This document shows positions 52,913 through 63,766 of a stretch of 64,000 nt of DNA, piece after piece. The first letter of the stretch is position 1. Each line of letters begins with the position of its first letter. The notes beneath the pieces are model-generated. The model was not told the DNA's origin, made no database searches, and worked only from the letters and a program-made list of their open reading frames with translations. Where the stretch lies: NCBI GenBank assembly GCA_002104905.1, contig MCFE01000177.1, positions 78,353 through 142,352 of the forward strand, written 5' to 3'. Both the position numbers and the translations under genes were made by a program. The stretch comes from Basidiobolus meristosporus CBS 931.73 (taxonomy: Eukaryota; Fungi; Basidiobolomycota).

Positions 52913-55778
52913 ATGACTAATAATCGCCTGAAGCTGTTCTGTGTTGTTGATGGGGAGACTACAGCCAATATCTTTTCAGTCACCGTCTCTACTACCTCAA
53001 ACGTTTCAGAGCTCAAGCAACTCATTAGAGCAGCAAAGGCTCCTCGACTTGATAATGTCTCAGCCGATGAACTCATCCTCTGGCGTGTCTTGATTCCCGT
53101 TGGCCCGAGCGACAAACACAAACCGATATTCCTGAACGAGTTCGAGTCAGCAACAGAACTTCAACCAATTGATGAGATTTCTGAAGTCTTCGAGGATCAA
53201 CCACCCAAAAAAGCGATTCATATCATCATTCAACTAGGTAACGCAAACTCGCTTTGTTCTTGGTGACAATTAGTGATTGACCTTATCCATTCGTTTAATT
53301 GTGTTAACAGGACCCCACACTTTCTCTGGCTACATTTCGGCTGAATCTCGCCCTGGCGCACCGCTGAATGGTAAATGCCACTCCATTTTTGCTTAAATTA
53401 CGGTGCTCGTTCCCATTCCCAATATACGGACTCTTTTTGCGTATTCAGGAGACCTAAGTGTTGAAATCAAGAATATTACACGGAAGTTTTTTGCTCCCGG
53501 CTCAAAGACGTCTGAATTTCTCGAGCGATTTGTGCGAGGCCATGAACGGCTTCCGCTCACAACTGGCAGACTTTCTGGCTTACCAAGAGTGCGGCTACGA
53601 AAACAGCGAGAGCGAGATAATGCACACCCTAGTCTCCTCTTCATAAACCTACCCGACCCCTCCACCTCTCTTGACCCATCAAAGAAACTCGCTTCTGACA
53701 ACATTTTGGATCTCATCCAAAGGTGTGGAGGAAGCGTACCAATTTTTGGGGTCTCAGGATGTGGGAAAACCCGTGGCATGATGGAGCTTCTTTCGCGCCA
53801 CTGAGGATTCTATTTCAATGCATCTGGGGAGGATCTAGGCTCAGATGACATGACCACTTTTCTTGCACAAGTTGGATCCCGTCTGGGGACATCCCGTGAT
53901 ATGAACAACCGCGTCGCGAGAACAATGACCTATTTGCTATTCCTCTCGCGACTCTTGGTTCTTCAGTTCTGCCTGCAAGTCGACAACAATGCCTTGTCTT
54001 TCACATCTGCGAGATGGATGCTCCTGCAGGTCTGCCCTCATATGTTCATGGACGTCTTCGAGCACCTGTTCCAGAAATTGCTCCCGCTGCACCAGAGATC
54101 AATTGCCGAGGAACCAGCCCTGATTGATATCGTCCGCAAGACATTTCAGAACACCCGCAGTTGCCTTATGGAGCATAGAGGCGCCCCCCAATTCTCTGCC
54201 GATTGTACACTCTTTGTTGTTCACGATGAGGCGCAGATTTTGGGGGAGGAGCACTTTGGTCGTTTTGAGTCGCTGAATGGAACAAGGGATGACCGGCCGC
54301 TCTTGTCCCCGATTCTCTATGGCTTTCGAAATATTGAGGGCGAGAATGAGCTCACAGTCTTGACGTCTGGTACGGGACTCAGCATTTATACTCTCAACTG
54401 GGCACGAAGCTCTGGATCTACGCTGAAGCATTTGCCGGGCGCGTTTACCTACATGGAGTTTCCAGGATGGACTAGTCGACAGTCAATTGATACGTACATC
54501 ACCAGCATACGGAACCAACTACCGACAGAGGACGCAAGAGTGGTGTTGGACAGCCTCCTACCATCAGAGGCAAGGGATATGCTTTTTGAGAAGCTGGCTG
54601 GCAGGTTTCGCCCAATTGTCACCGCCATTGAGGCTATAATTGCAAATGGAACACCTGGTTTCTGGAAAGTAGCTATAGAGAAGACGGAGGCCAGACTAGT
54701 TTCGTGGGATCATCAAAGAGAGCCAGGGAATCTTATTCATGAGATTATCCGTTTAGAAAACAAATACCGCAGGAATCTGGATGTGTTCCAGCACCTTCGC
54801 ACGGTGGAGGAGGGGCTTGGCCTCCTGCTATTCCAGCGATACATGTTTGGGGCTCGTACTCTAGTTCTTGAGGATGCGGTTCCGGAGATGGTGGAACGCG
54901 CATTTGGTCGTATTATGATCATTGACGGAGCCGCAAGAACCGTTCTTGATGAGCCTTTTGCCATGAAAGCGGCTGAAAATTACGTCAGGGTTCGGGACAT
55001 TGGTTTCGTGAAGACAATGGAACAATGGATGCAACAGTCGAACAATGCTTCAGTCCACGGATTTGCATGGGAGTACATGATGATGAGCGTCTTTGTAGAA
55101 ACCTTCAAAACACATCCCTTCTCCGACTGGTCGCACCAACCATCGATACCATCGATGTGTGCCTCGCTCGAGGGGAAGTCGGAGATTGTTGGTCTGATTG
55201 ATGATTGCTTTCAGCGAGGGGTTACACACCAGGAGATCACTATGCAGCAGTTCATGGAAGCCCACGTTAACAACAACTCAACACGAGGAGGCAAATCTGT
55301 TCCCCCGTTCTATTTTCCGAAAGCAAAACCCTCAGGTCCGGATATGGTATTCTACATTCGAGTCAACGGTAACCTCTTTCCAGTATTCGTACAGCTGAAG
55401 CTTCGTCCTGTGTTTTCACACCAGACTACGCATGCTGCTCTCAAGACGGTCTCGGAGGAATGTGTTCAAGAGCACGTAGAGAACCTTGGCGACTACTGCC
55501 CTACTAACAATACGTACATCAGTATGATCATTGCCTACCCGGGTAAAATGATTGTTTCGCAGATTGGCCGGCCAAATCCCGCTTTACCTAGTAGAAGTTT
55601 GAATCAGGTTGTTGTCAATATCACAGGAGATAACTTTGCCAAGATTTTCCCGCCAAGTCATGTTGATTTTCTTGACCGCATCAAAACACCTGTCAAGCGA
55701 CACGCAATGGACCAGGAATGGGATGAGGGAGATCAATTGAAAAAATCGCGAACATACACCTGTAACCTATCTCAATAG
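52913..55778 (+). pseudogene. CRN: Crinkler (CRN/CR) effector-like gene: ubiquitin-like CRN N-terminus + P-loop NTPase + REase-like C-terminus; exons 52913-53237, 53311-53370, 53449-55778; one TGA at 53802
   Basis: LKLFCVVDGE...F.V...VSELK.LI...L.LWRV...IHIIIQ, Walker A GVSGCGKT, VVHDEAQ, C-terminal GPDMVF...FVQLK. GT-AG introns keep the frame. SRH*GFYFNA implies TGG>TGA. Confidence 0.88.
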
Positions 55779-55959
55779 AGAATCTCCTGTCATTGTTGAT
55801 CTTTATTGCTTGGCTCACTTCCTCTGTTTGTTCTACTGGTCTGGTCCCTACTCTCATTTGCTACCACTACAATTTTGGGTATATTTGTGTAAATCTGCTT
55901 AGGGTTTGTTTGTTCAATAGAATACGGTTTGCTGGCATATTGAGTGAACCAACATTGTC

Positions 55960-56612
55960 AAAATCAAATAAAACAGTATTTATACTTACACATGGTCTTG
56001 GGAAAGCAAACACATAAAGTATTTTCAGCAAGATCCCAAGTACAAGTGGGCAAAGTTTGGGAATGTATTGTCAACTTTAGACATGTAGCCTTTGCTCTAA
56101 GTGACCAAACTAAGTGAATATGTGGGTGTAATAGCAAAACTACAACACTCCTACTTGTCTAAATATTGATATCTGTGGTGCTTGGCTTAAATTTTGCAGA
56201 TTCCCAGGCAATTTCTTAGCATATGCAGTGCAACCATATATTCCAGGGTGCTCTGCATTTGGTTTATATCTATACCATGCCTCAAATGGAGTGAAACCAC
56301 AAAGTACTCTGCTATCACTCCTATTTTTAAGATTAACAGCTGTAGCAACTGATTCCATCCATAAATTGTTGAATGTTTTTTGATCAAGGATCATGAATCT
56401 TGCTATATTAATTATCAATCTGTTTGCACATTCCAATTTGTCATTTTGCTGTAGGGAGTATAGTACAGTAATCTTCTGCTTTAACCCATGAATTTTGCTT
56501 AAGTGGATGCAGAGTTGTGAGGTATATTCCCCACCATTATCAGATCATACTTTCTTGATTACCACTCCAGTTTCTCTCTCCACCATGGCATTAAGCTCCC
56601 TGAACCTCAACA
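55960..56612 (-). mobile_element. Internally deleted copia remnant: integrase fragment, PPT-like tract and decayed LTR
   Basis: MESVATAVNLKNRS...TPFEAWY matches 42160-42300. AGTAGGAG|TGTTGTAG on the minus strand at ~56150. Confidence 0.7.
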
Positions 56613-57003
56613 TGTTGTAAAAATTTGTATTTCCACCTAAATACTCACCTAACTTAGTCACTTAGATCATCACCTTCATATCCTAGAGAATACTGACCAA
56701 ATTCCTTGTTGGGATTTACTTATTCTACGTGTTTGTTATGCCAAGACCATGAAAAAGTATAAATACTACTTTTACATTCAATAAATCATTAAGTGAAATC
56801 ACATAATCTACCTGTCCTCCCAATCACTTCCAATATCTCCAAGACTCTTACAACAGGTTATGCGCCCCAAGCTGTCACTCTCTGCAATGTCTACTACTGC
56901 TATTACTGGAACTTTTCCCTCTGCTGAAAAGCTAGATGGATCTAACTACCAAGTGTGGAAGGTGAAGATGAAGATGCTGCTACAGGAAAGAGGCCTTTGG
57001 GAT
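56613..57003 (+). mobile_element. Copia-B 5' LTR (56613-56855, internal deletion) + PBS + gag start, truncated at 57003
   Basis: Near-identical to 39975-40470. Match ends at ...GGCCTTTGGGAT and switches to TAGGGTAGGG. Confidence 0.92.
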
Positions 57004-57019
57004 TAGGGTAGGGTGTAGG
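57003..57019 (+). repeat. Degenerate telomere-like tract TTAGGG TAGGG TGTAGG at the copia breakpoint
   Basis: Read directly from sequence. First T is shared with the copia gag. Confidence 0.6.
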
Positions 57020-57639
57020 TGTTATAGTAAGGGCTAGGAAAAGGTTAGAAGAGCAGGGGGTCTGGGGGACGCAGTCCCCTAGAGAATAAAAAAGCAGGGG
57101 GTTTGGGGGATGCAATCCCCCATACTGCTCCTATACTCCTTAAATTCCCGTTGGATTACTTTTCTCTCATTCTTGGTTCTGGTCCCTTAGGGTTAAAATT
57201 CCTCCTCCTAACCCTTATCACCCTAACCATAAATATTTTTACCCTACAATTGGCACATTGTCTGCTCATATAGTGGGCATGTCTGGGCCAATATTTGTCT
57301 CCCTATACTGTCCATATGCTCTGTATAAGTCTTGATGGCTATTTAATTAATAAATTGTTACTTTTAATGTATATCTAATAATTAATGGGATTCATCCCAA
57401 TCTGGCCACAATCCCATATTTTGATAAGCTTTGGGCACCATAAATTGCGCGGCCCTAATATGATAAAAAATTCATGGCCAAGACAAATTTTCTATAACCC
57501 AATTGCTTTTACCAAATATAAAGTGTATCCCAAAGTTCAATATATATTATGGCTATAATAGAAACTTTATTTGACACCATCGCAACTACTACTTATGTTC
57601 TATGCGCACATGTATCCCGCGGGAATTGTAAAACTTAGC

Positions 57640-58420
57640 CACGTGGTACAAAAGTGCTTTTATTTTTCATCATGATAGTTTTACATGAGTTCTTAACGCA
57701 CTTTGAAAGTACGCAGTAGCCATACCCCAACAGGTTTTAAGGATGTCCACTAGCTACATCTACTTGTGTCTAGCAGGAGCCATCAATCATCAGCCACGCA
57801 ATACTGAAATGCTTTTATTTTTCATCATGCTAGTTTTGTATGAATCCCTAACGCACTTTCATAGTGCGTGGTAACCATACCCCAACAGGTTTTAAGGATA
57901 CCCACTTGCTACGTTTACTTGTGTCTAGCGGGAGTCATCAATCATCAGACGTGTGGTAATAAAGTGCTTTTATTTTTCATCATGATAGTTTTACATGAGT
58001 TCCTAACGCACTTTGAAAGTACGCAGTAGCCATACCCCAACAGGTTTTAAGGATGTCCACTTGCTACGTTTACTTGTGTCTAGCGGGAGTCATCAATCAT
58101 CAGACGCGTGGTAATAAAGTGCTTTTATTTTTCATCATGATAGTTTTACATGAGTCCCTAACGCACTTTTATAGTGCGCGGTAACCATACCCCAACAGGT
58201 TTTAAGGATACCCACTTGCTACGTTTACTTGTGTCTAGCGGGAGTTATCAATCATCAGCCGCGTGGTAATAAAGTGCTTTTATTTTTCATCATGATAGTT
58301 TTACATGAGTCCCTAACGCACTTTTATAGTGCGCGGTAACCATACCCCAACAGGTTTTAAGGATACCCACTTGCCACATTTACTTGTGTATTGTACGGAC
58401 TATCAACAAACAGCCACGTG
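57640..58420. repeat. Subtelomeric tandem repeat, five copies of a 155-bp unit
   Basis: GCTTTTATTTTTCATCATG recurs at 57656, 57811, 57966, 58121 and 58276, an exact 155-bp period. Confidence 0.97.
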
Positions 58421-58788
58421 GGAATGGAACATCATTGAAAAGCATTGCTTTGTTGTTAGCAAGTATTGATGCGCAAATAGTGGTACTATGTGAATTATTG
58501 AGTAACTATTTACTCTAGTTGGTTCCAAGATATTCCTAGACAATATGCTCAAAATCAATATTAGCATCAATAGCTTGCTCTTTGATCACTAAACCACCGC
58601 ACCCAATATGCGGTGGCCTTGGTTTTGTCTAGCCGTCAAGGAATGAAACCAGAGTACAGTCACAAGAGAGGCAAAAGTGAAATGTGATGAAGTAAGTGTA
58701 TATGAAAGTAATATAAATCTACAGGACAGAAGAGAACAACTAGTAGTTAAGCAGCACTCACTGACACTCCACTGAGTAGAGCACCAAC

Positions 58789-59268
58789 ATGGACAATAAA
58801 CAAGTCATGAGGGGAAAGCTTAAGGACCGCTACTTGGGGATCAAGACCAAAAGAGGAAGCTGCCTCTACCATAGCAGTCCTCACGCTCCAAAGGAAGACC
58901 AAGAGTCTATTATAGACAAAGATTGCGGCAAGAAGAGCAGTACAATTACCAGTTCTGGTAGTGGTACCTTTGGAAGTCCTGAATACCTGGAGAAAACTCA
59001 GAAAAATTGGCAGATGACTCAGTTGTCCTGAGGAGAAAACAAACCAATGCAATTGAGCAGTTCCAAAACAAACTTCAGCTTAGTTCTTCTTTGCCTCACT
59101 ATAAAGTACTCCAAGTGGCTTATTTGGATTATAAGCGTAATGAAGGAGAATCAGGCAGAGACTGATAAATTAAGTGATAGTCAATTGCATCACTTCTTAG
59201 ATCAGGTAGAGAAACAGTCGCACAGCCAAGAGACGGAACAAGAATTGACAATTACAGAAACCAAATAA
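58789..59268 (+). pseudogene. Unidentified charged, low-complexity reading frame with an internal TGA (59029)
   Basis: Track ORFs 58789 and 59047 share a frame and are followed by an AATAAA-rich tract. No family recognised. Confidence 0.3.
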
Positions 59269-59500
59269 TTTTGCCAATGTAGTTTTGCATTTTAATAAAA
59301 TAAAAGGGTGTTAATAAGAACAGAATAAAGTTAACTTATTTGTACATCAAATGATTCAAATACTGGCTAGATGGATGTTACGTAGGAGCAAGAAGCTCAG
59401 TAACCTCAAAGGAAAGATATGATGAATGGGCCACCCACATCATCCAAATGAGTATAAAAGTGGAGAAAGTAGACATAATCCTTCATAAAAAACAGGAAGC

Positions 59501-60286
59501 ATGGAAGCAGGCAGTAGCCGGGTAGATGCCAGGAGTGAAGGTAGAGTACAAAGAGAGCAAGGAAGGGGACAAGGACGTGGAAGAGGACACGGAACCAGGC
59601 GCGGAAGAGGAAGAGGGCAAGGAAGTGGCCAAATCCAAGAGGAGCGTCAAGGAGGTGTTGCAGCAAACGTGGATGATGCTGAGCAAGTTGCTGTAGTCAC
59701 TACCAGGCGGCCGGTCAACCAAGTTTCCCAAGCATTGTCAGAGGGTTGACAAGAGCTTCCGGAATATAGGACAACATTGCACCATGAGATATTGCGACAT
59801 ATGTGCCAGGAGATTAAACAGAGGAGGGGTGATATTGTAAAGCTAAATTGGGATATTGCTGGACTTCAAGCCCAGATTGGTTTCCGTTTCCACCATTCTA
59901 CTGAGGCATTAGTGGCACAAATGGTGGAAAAGTTTGCCCGCATCAGGGCAAGCAATGAGCAGGGTGCATCTTCCGGCCCAGGTGTACTTGCGAGCAACAG
60001 TATTGGAGGGGATACTACTTCCTCCCTCAAACCTACCACAAGCCAAGAGACAAGAGCAGAATCCTCCACAACAATGAGAATGGCCCCCACGCAGGTTGAT
60101 ATGGAAGTGTGCGAAGAAGATGTGGAGAAGCAGAGTGGGGATACTATAGGCCAACCAGAAACTGTAATGGAGGCGGAGAGACCAAGTCATATTGTCATCT
60201 TAAAAATACCACAGTTTGATTCATCGCTATCACTTCCCCCATCATCACTATCTGTGCCCCCATCACCACCGCCATCCTCTGGCTAA
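59501..60286 (+). pseudogene. RG/GR-repeat-rich protein with a predicted helical segment and Ser/Pro tail; internal TGA (59747)
   Basis: EQGRGQGRGRGHGTRRGRGRGQG. Track ORFs 59501 and 59777 share a frame. Confidence 0.4.
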
Positions 60287-60411
60287 CTTGAGTAAATAAA
60301 GAATTTCCACCATCCCAAATCAATGAATTGACAAGTAATAAGTTGAGCTGATAAGATTGACGATTTACAGACTAATATATGTAAAGTATGTAGTACTTAA
60401 GAGCTTTCAAG

Positions 60412-63069
60412 TTGTGGTGTATTATCAAGTATTCACCGTCACATAAATCACGCAGCAGTTGTTGTATCCCTATCCCAATGGCATTAGAAGCCAGCAGTTA
60501 CAAGGAGCATTGGAAAAATTTTGGCATTTACCTGGTGACGGTGGCAGGTGTAACAAAACGCAGCTATTGCTCAATGACCATTACCCCGTCTATGAGATAC
60601 TTGCTATTATATGGAGGGTATTCTGTTGAGCACTTTCAAGACAGCAAAATATCCCCGCCTTATGATGAGCGTATAGCTGAAGAAACATTCGGCCGTGGAA
60701 TACTCTATGAGCCCAGCTCAAAGGTTCAAATGATTCACCTTGCAGATCTACACGGTGATGAAGACATCACAGTGACAGTTCTCCCGACTCCAGACAACAT
60801 ATCAACTACAGAGGCAGCCAAAGGGGTGATTTTAATTGGCAACACCTGTGCTAGTGACCACGAGAATCTCTACATATATGGTGGTTTTGAGCTGAGCCAT
60901 AGAGAATACTCAGGGCAACATGAAAGTGCCAAAAAACAGGGGAAAAAAGCAATACAAAGCAAGAGTGGGGAGACAATCAATAGAAGACTGAGCAAGCTGG
61001 AGGTAATCACGTACAAAGATGGCAATGGATACTCCAGAGTATTGGAGACAAGGCCATTCTTGAATAATCTGGCAAATATGCCTTCAGCAAGAGGTTGGGC
61101 AGTTCTTACGTACGCATTTGATTGCTTATTCTTGCTGGGCGGCTATCCTACACCATTGGAACCACCTTATACCCAACCAAATGGGAGTTTTTTAAACAAG
61201 TTCTACTGTTTAAAATTGCAAACTGGTGATTGGGAAAGATGATATGTACACTGGGCAATACAGGAGCTTGGAGAAAACTTTATTGCTGTGGTAAACAAGT
61301 ATGGCAACCAAATCCAATACATCAACAATGCAAATGTTACATTCACCTACAATGTCATTAATCAGATCTGGATTTACCCTCCCAATCCAAGTCAGGAAGA
61401 AGTGAGTACAAAGCAGCTACTAGGGCGCATTCTTAATGAATTGGCAGCAATCTCTCAGCGGCACAAGAGGGAAGGCGAAGGAAGTGCTGAGACTGAAAAT
61501 ATCTTGCGGCATAGTGCCCATGGTCTTACTGTCCCACTTAAGAACCATCAAGCATTTGGCATACAATGGCTGATGTGTACAGAGGCCATCCATAAAGGAG
61601 CATTGCTTGCCGATTCCATGGGACTTGGAAAGACATTGCAGATATTAAGTCTCATATTGGAGACACCTGAGCAAAGGCCAAATCTTATTGTTGTCACGCT
61701 TGGAATACTTCTCAATTGGGTGATGGAGATAAAGACAAAAGCAAGGATATCCAATGAAGAGCTTCATGTATTTCATGGAAAATTCCGAGCTATCAAGAAG
61801 TCAGATATGGAGACTAAGAGGATCATGCTCACCACCTACCACACACTATGTGTTGAAGCAAGGAACCCTGATTTGCCTATATAGAATGTGAAATTTGGCC
61901 AAATAGGGGCCAATGAGGCAGATACACTTAAGAACTACAAAGGCGGTAGCTTAAACGCAGTGAGTAAAATTGATGGAGAATCCTTGATACTTGTCACTGC
62001 CACCCCATTCCAAAATGAGATTATGGATCTTTATTCATATTTCACATTATTCAATCTATGGGAAGGCATTCCAAAGGATTTCCATTGACTCCTACTTGTG
62101 GAGGCCAATGCAAACAGGCTAGTAGAATGGGTTGTAGAAAGATTTGGCCCATTAATATTGAGACGCGTTCCAGAGTTGCAAATATTTGGAGAACGCGCAG
62201 TATCCATGCCTAGTATTCAAGAGCAGATTGTCTTGTGCCAATTCTTGCCGTAGGAGCTGCAGGAGTACAAACAACTGCAGTCAAGTCTTCCAGAGGAAGT
62301 CGGTCAGATGGGTGCAAATACCTATCTGCGTCTGTACTCATGCCATCCATATATGTATACCTGGAGCAGGAAGAGGAATCAACTGAAAAAAGCGGCTGAC
62401 GCTAGCATTGTCCAAGATGTTGAGATGAGTGAGGATGATTTTCTACCTGAGATTGATGAGGATCTTGAGGTGGTCGCGGTTGAGGTTGAGGAGCAGCTTC
62501 AAGAGATTAATAGCAAAGATGTTGACAGCTCATCCAATGTTCCATCTACTTCTGCACCAACTGCCATACGCACCAAAGACACCCCTACAATTGCCCAAAG
62601 AGGGCTTGCGTTAGAGGACTCCAACAGGGTATTCATCCAAGATTTCCTCACTGGTGTAACCAACAACACTGTGAACAAGCATAGTGGCAAAACTCGGAAA
62701 ATCATGGAAATCCTGCTTGAAATCCAAGAAAATAAGGAGCACGCACGTGTTGTTATTTTTTCTGGGTTTAATCTGATGCTTGACATAGTGGCTTACCATT
62801 TGAGGGAGCAGAGCATTGAACATCTGAAGATTACCGGTTCCACCCCAGTTTGGATACAAAAGAGCAGTATAGATACATTTGCATTGCCAGTCCCGGAGGG
62901 CGAGATTTGTGTGCTACTGATCAATATCAAATGTGGCGCATTTGGATTAAATTTGCAGATGGCATCAGCGGTAATCATTGCCAACAATTGGTAGAATCCC
63001 TATGTAGAAATCCAAGCAAAGGCCAGAGTTTGGAGGATGAATCAACCAAATAATGTTTCTAGTTACCAG
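60412..63069 (+). pseudogene. Kelch-like repeats fused to a SNF2-family (SF2) ATPase/helicase; five in-frame stops; C-terminus truncated at telomeric repeats
   Basis: One frame. LLLYGG, LYIYGG and LFLLGG..FY.L.L.TG.W, then HQAFGIQWL, LADSMGLGKT, NLIVV...LLNW, NEAD (motif II), TATPFQN, VVIFSGF, GAFGLNLQ.A..VI, W*NP..E.QA.ARVWR. Stops at 61240, 61882, 62086, 62251, 62992. Confidence 0.88.
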
Positions 63070-63083
63070 TTAGGGTTAGGGGG
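63070..63083 (+). repeat. Interstitial telomeric repeats TTAGGG TTAGGG(GG) at the SNF2 breakpoint
   Basis: Two perfect units where helicase similarity ends (..QPNNVSSYQ|). Confidence 0.8.
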
Positions 63084-63169
63084 ATGATAATCACCACAGG
63101 GTGAAATCTTTATTTATATCATAAATAAAGAAGCCAAATTTGAATATGAATATTTGAGATGCAGTAAGC

Positions 63170-63766
63170 CTACAAGATAAACTTTGACTTTGCTGTATCC
63201 CAAATATCTTCAATACTAAAGTCTAGAGGAGAATGTAGCAAAACTGCCTGTTCACTGTAGTATTTCTTGAGGAAGTTTGTGACTTGAAGGGAAGGAGAGT
63301 TTTTCAGCAAGCTGGTAAACCTTTTGAGGAGTTCTTTTTCCAGAGAGAATGGAACAAAGAGTGGAATGTCTAAATGATGTCTGAATATATGCTCTGAGAG
63401 CTCCCAATCCAGCATATTTTTGACTTCCTCTGTAAAATCTTCAACAATATCTTTGTCAAGAATAACTTCCAAGAGATCCCTGGCAATGTACTGAAGGTTA
63501 ATAATCTTAGGCATATGAATACCCAGGTCCTTGAGGTAGGTTCTTTGTTCTGAAATTGGGAGATAGCCAGCATTTCTGAAATAGCAAACAGCCCAGTTGG
63601 CAGTGGGAGGAGTATCAGGGCTGACAGGGAATCTTCTTCTGGCTTTAGGGTGCACTGGCTTAGGTGACTGTCTTGTTGAAAGGGCAGCTGGCTTTGGATG
63701 AGCTTGAAGTGCTTGGGAGTATGTCTGAGTATGAATGGCAGGAGTTGCTGGTTGCTGACAGTTTTC
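63170..63766 (-). CDS. 5'-truncated ORF1/gag-like reading frame, open up to the first telomere repeat (no ATG)
   Basis: Manual translation extends the 161-aa track ORF to 63766 (ENCQQPATPAIHTQTYSQAL...). The upstream TAA comes from the CCCTAA repeat. Family assignment is tentative. Confidence 0.6.
   Translation of the reverse strand, partial: ENCQQPATPAIHTQTYSQALQAHPKPAALSTRQSPKPVHPKARRRFPVSPDTPPTANWAVCYFRNAGYLPISEQRTYLKDLGIHMPKIINLQYIARDLLEVILDKDIVEDFTEEVKNMLDWELSEHIFRHHLDIPLFVPFSLEKELLKRFTSLLKNSPSLQVTNFLKKYYSEQAVLLHSPLDFSIEDIWDTAKSKFIL

Noticed and set aside
53802-53804. TGA recoded as Trp (alternative genetic code) in the Crinkler gene
   Set aside because: Other intact genes use TGG for Trp throughout and TGA ends the copia-A ORF. 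A point mutation or base-call error is simpler.
57640-58420. CRISPR array or 5S rRNA array (GCCATACC resembles the 5S 5' end)
   Set aside because: Whole units repeat with no unique spacers, and the rest of the unit lacks 5S boxes and helices.
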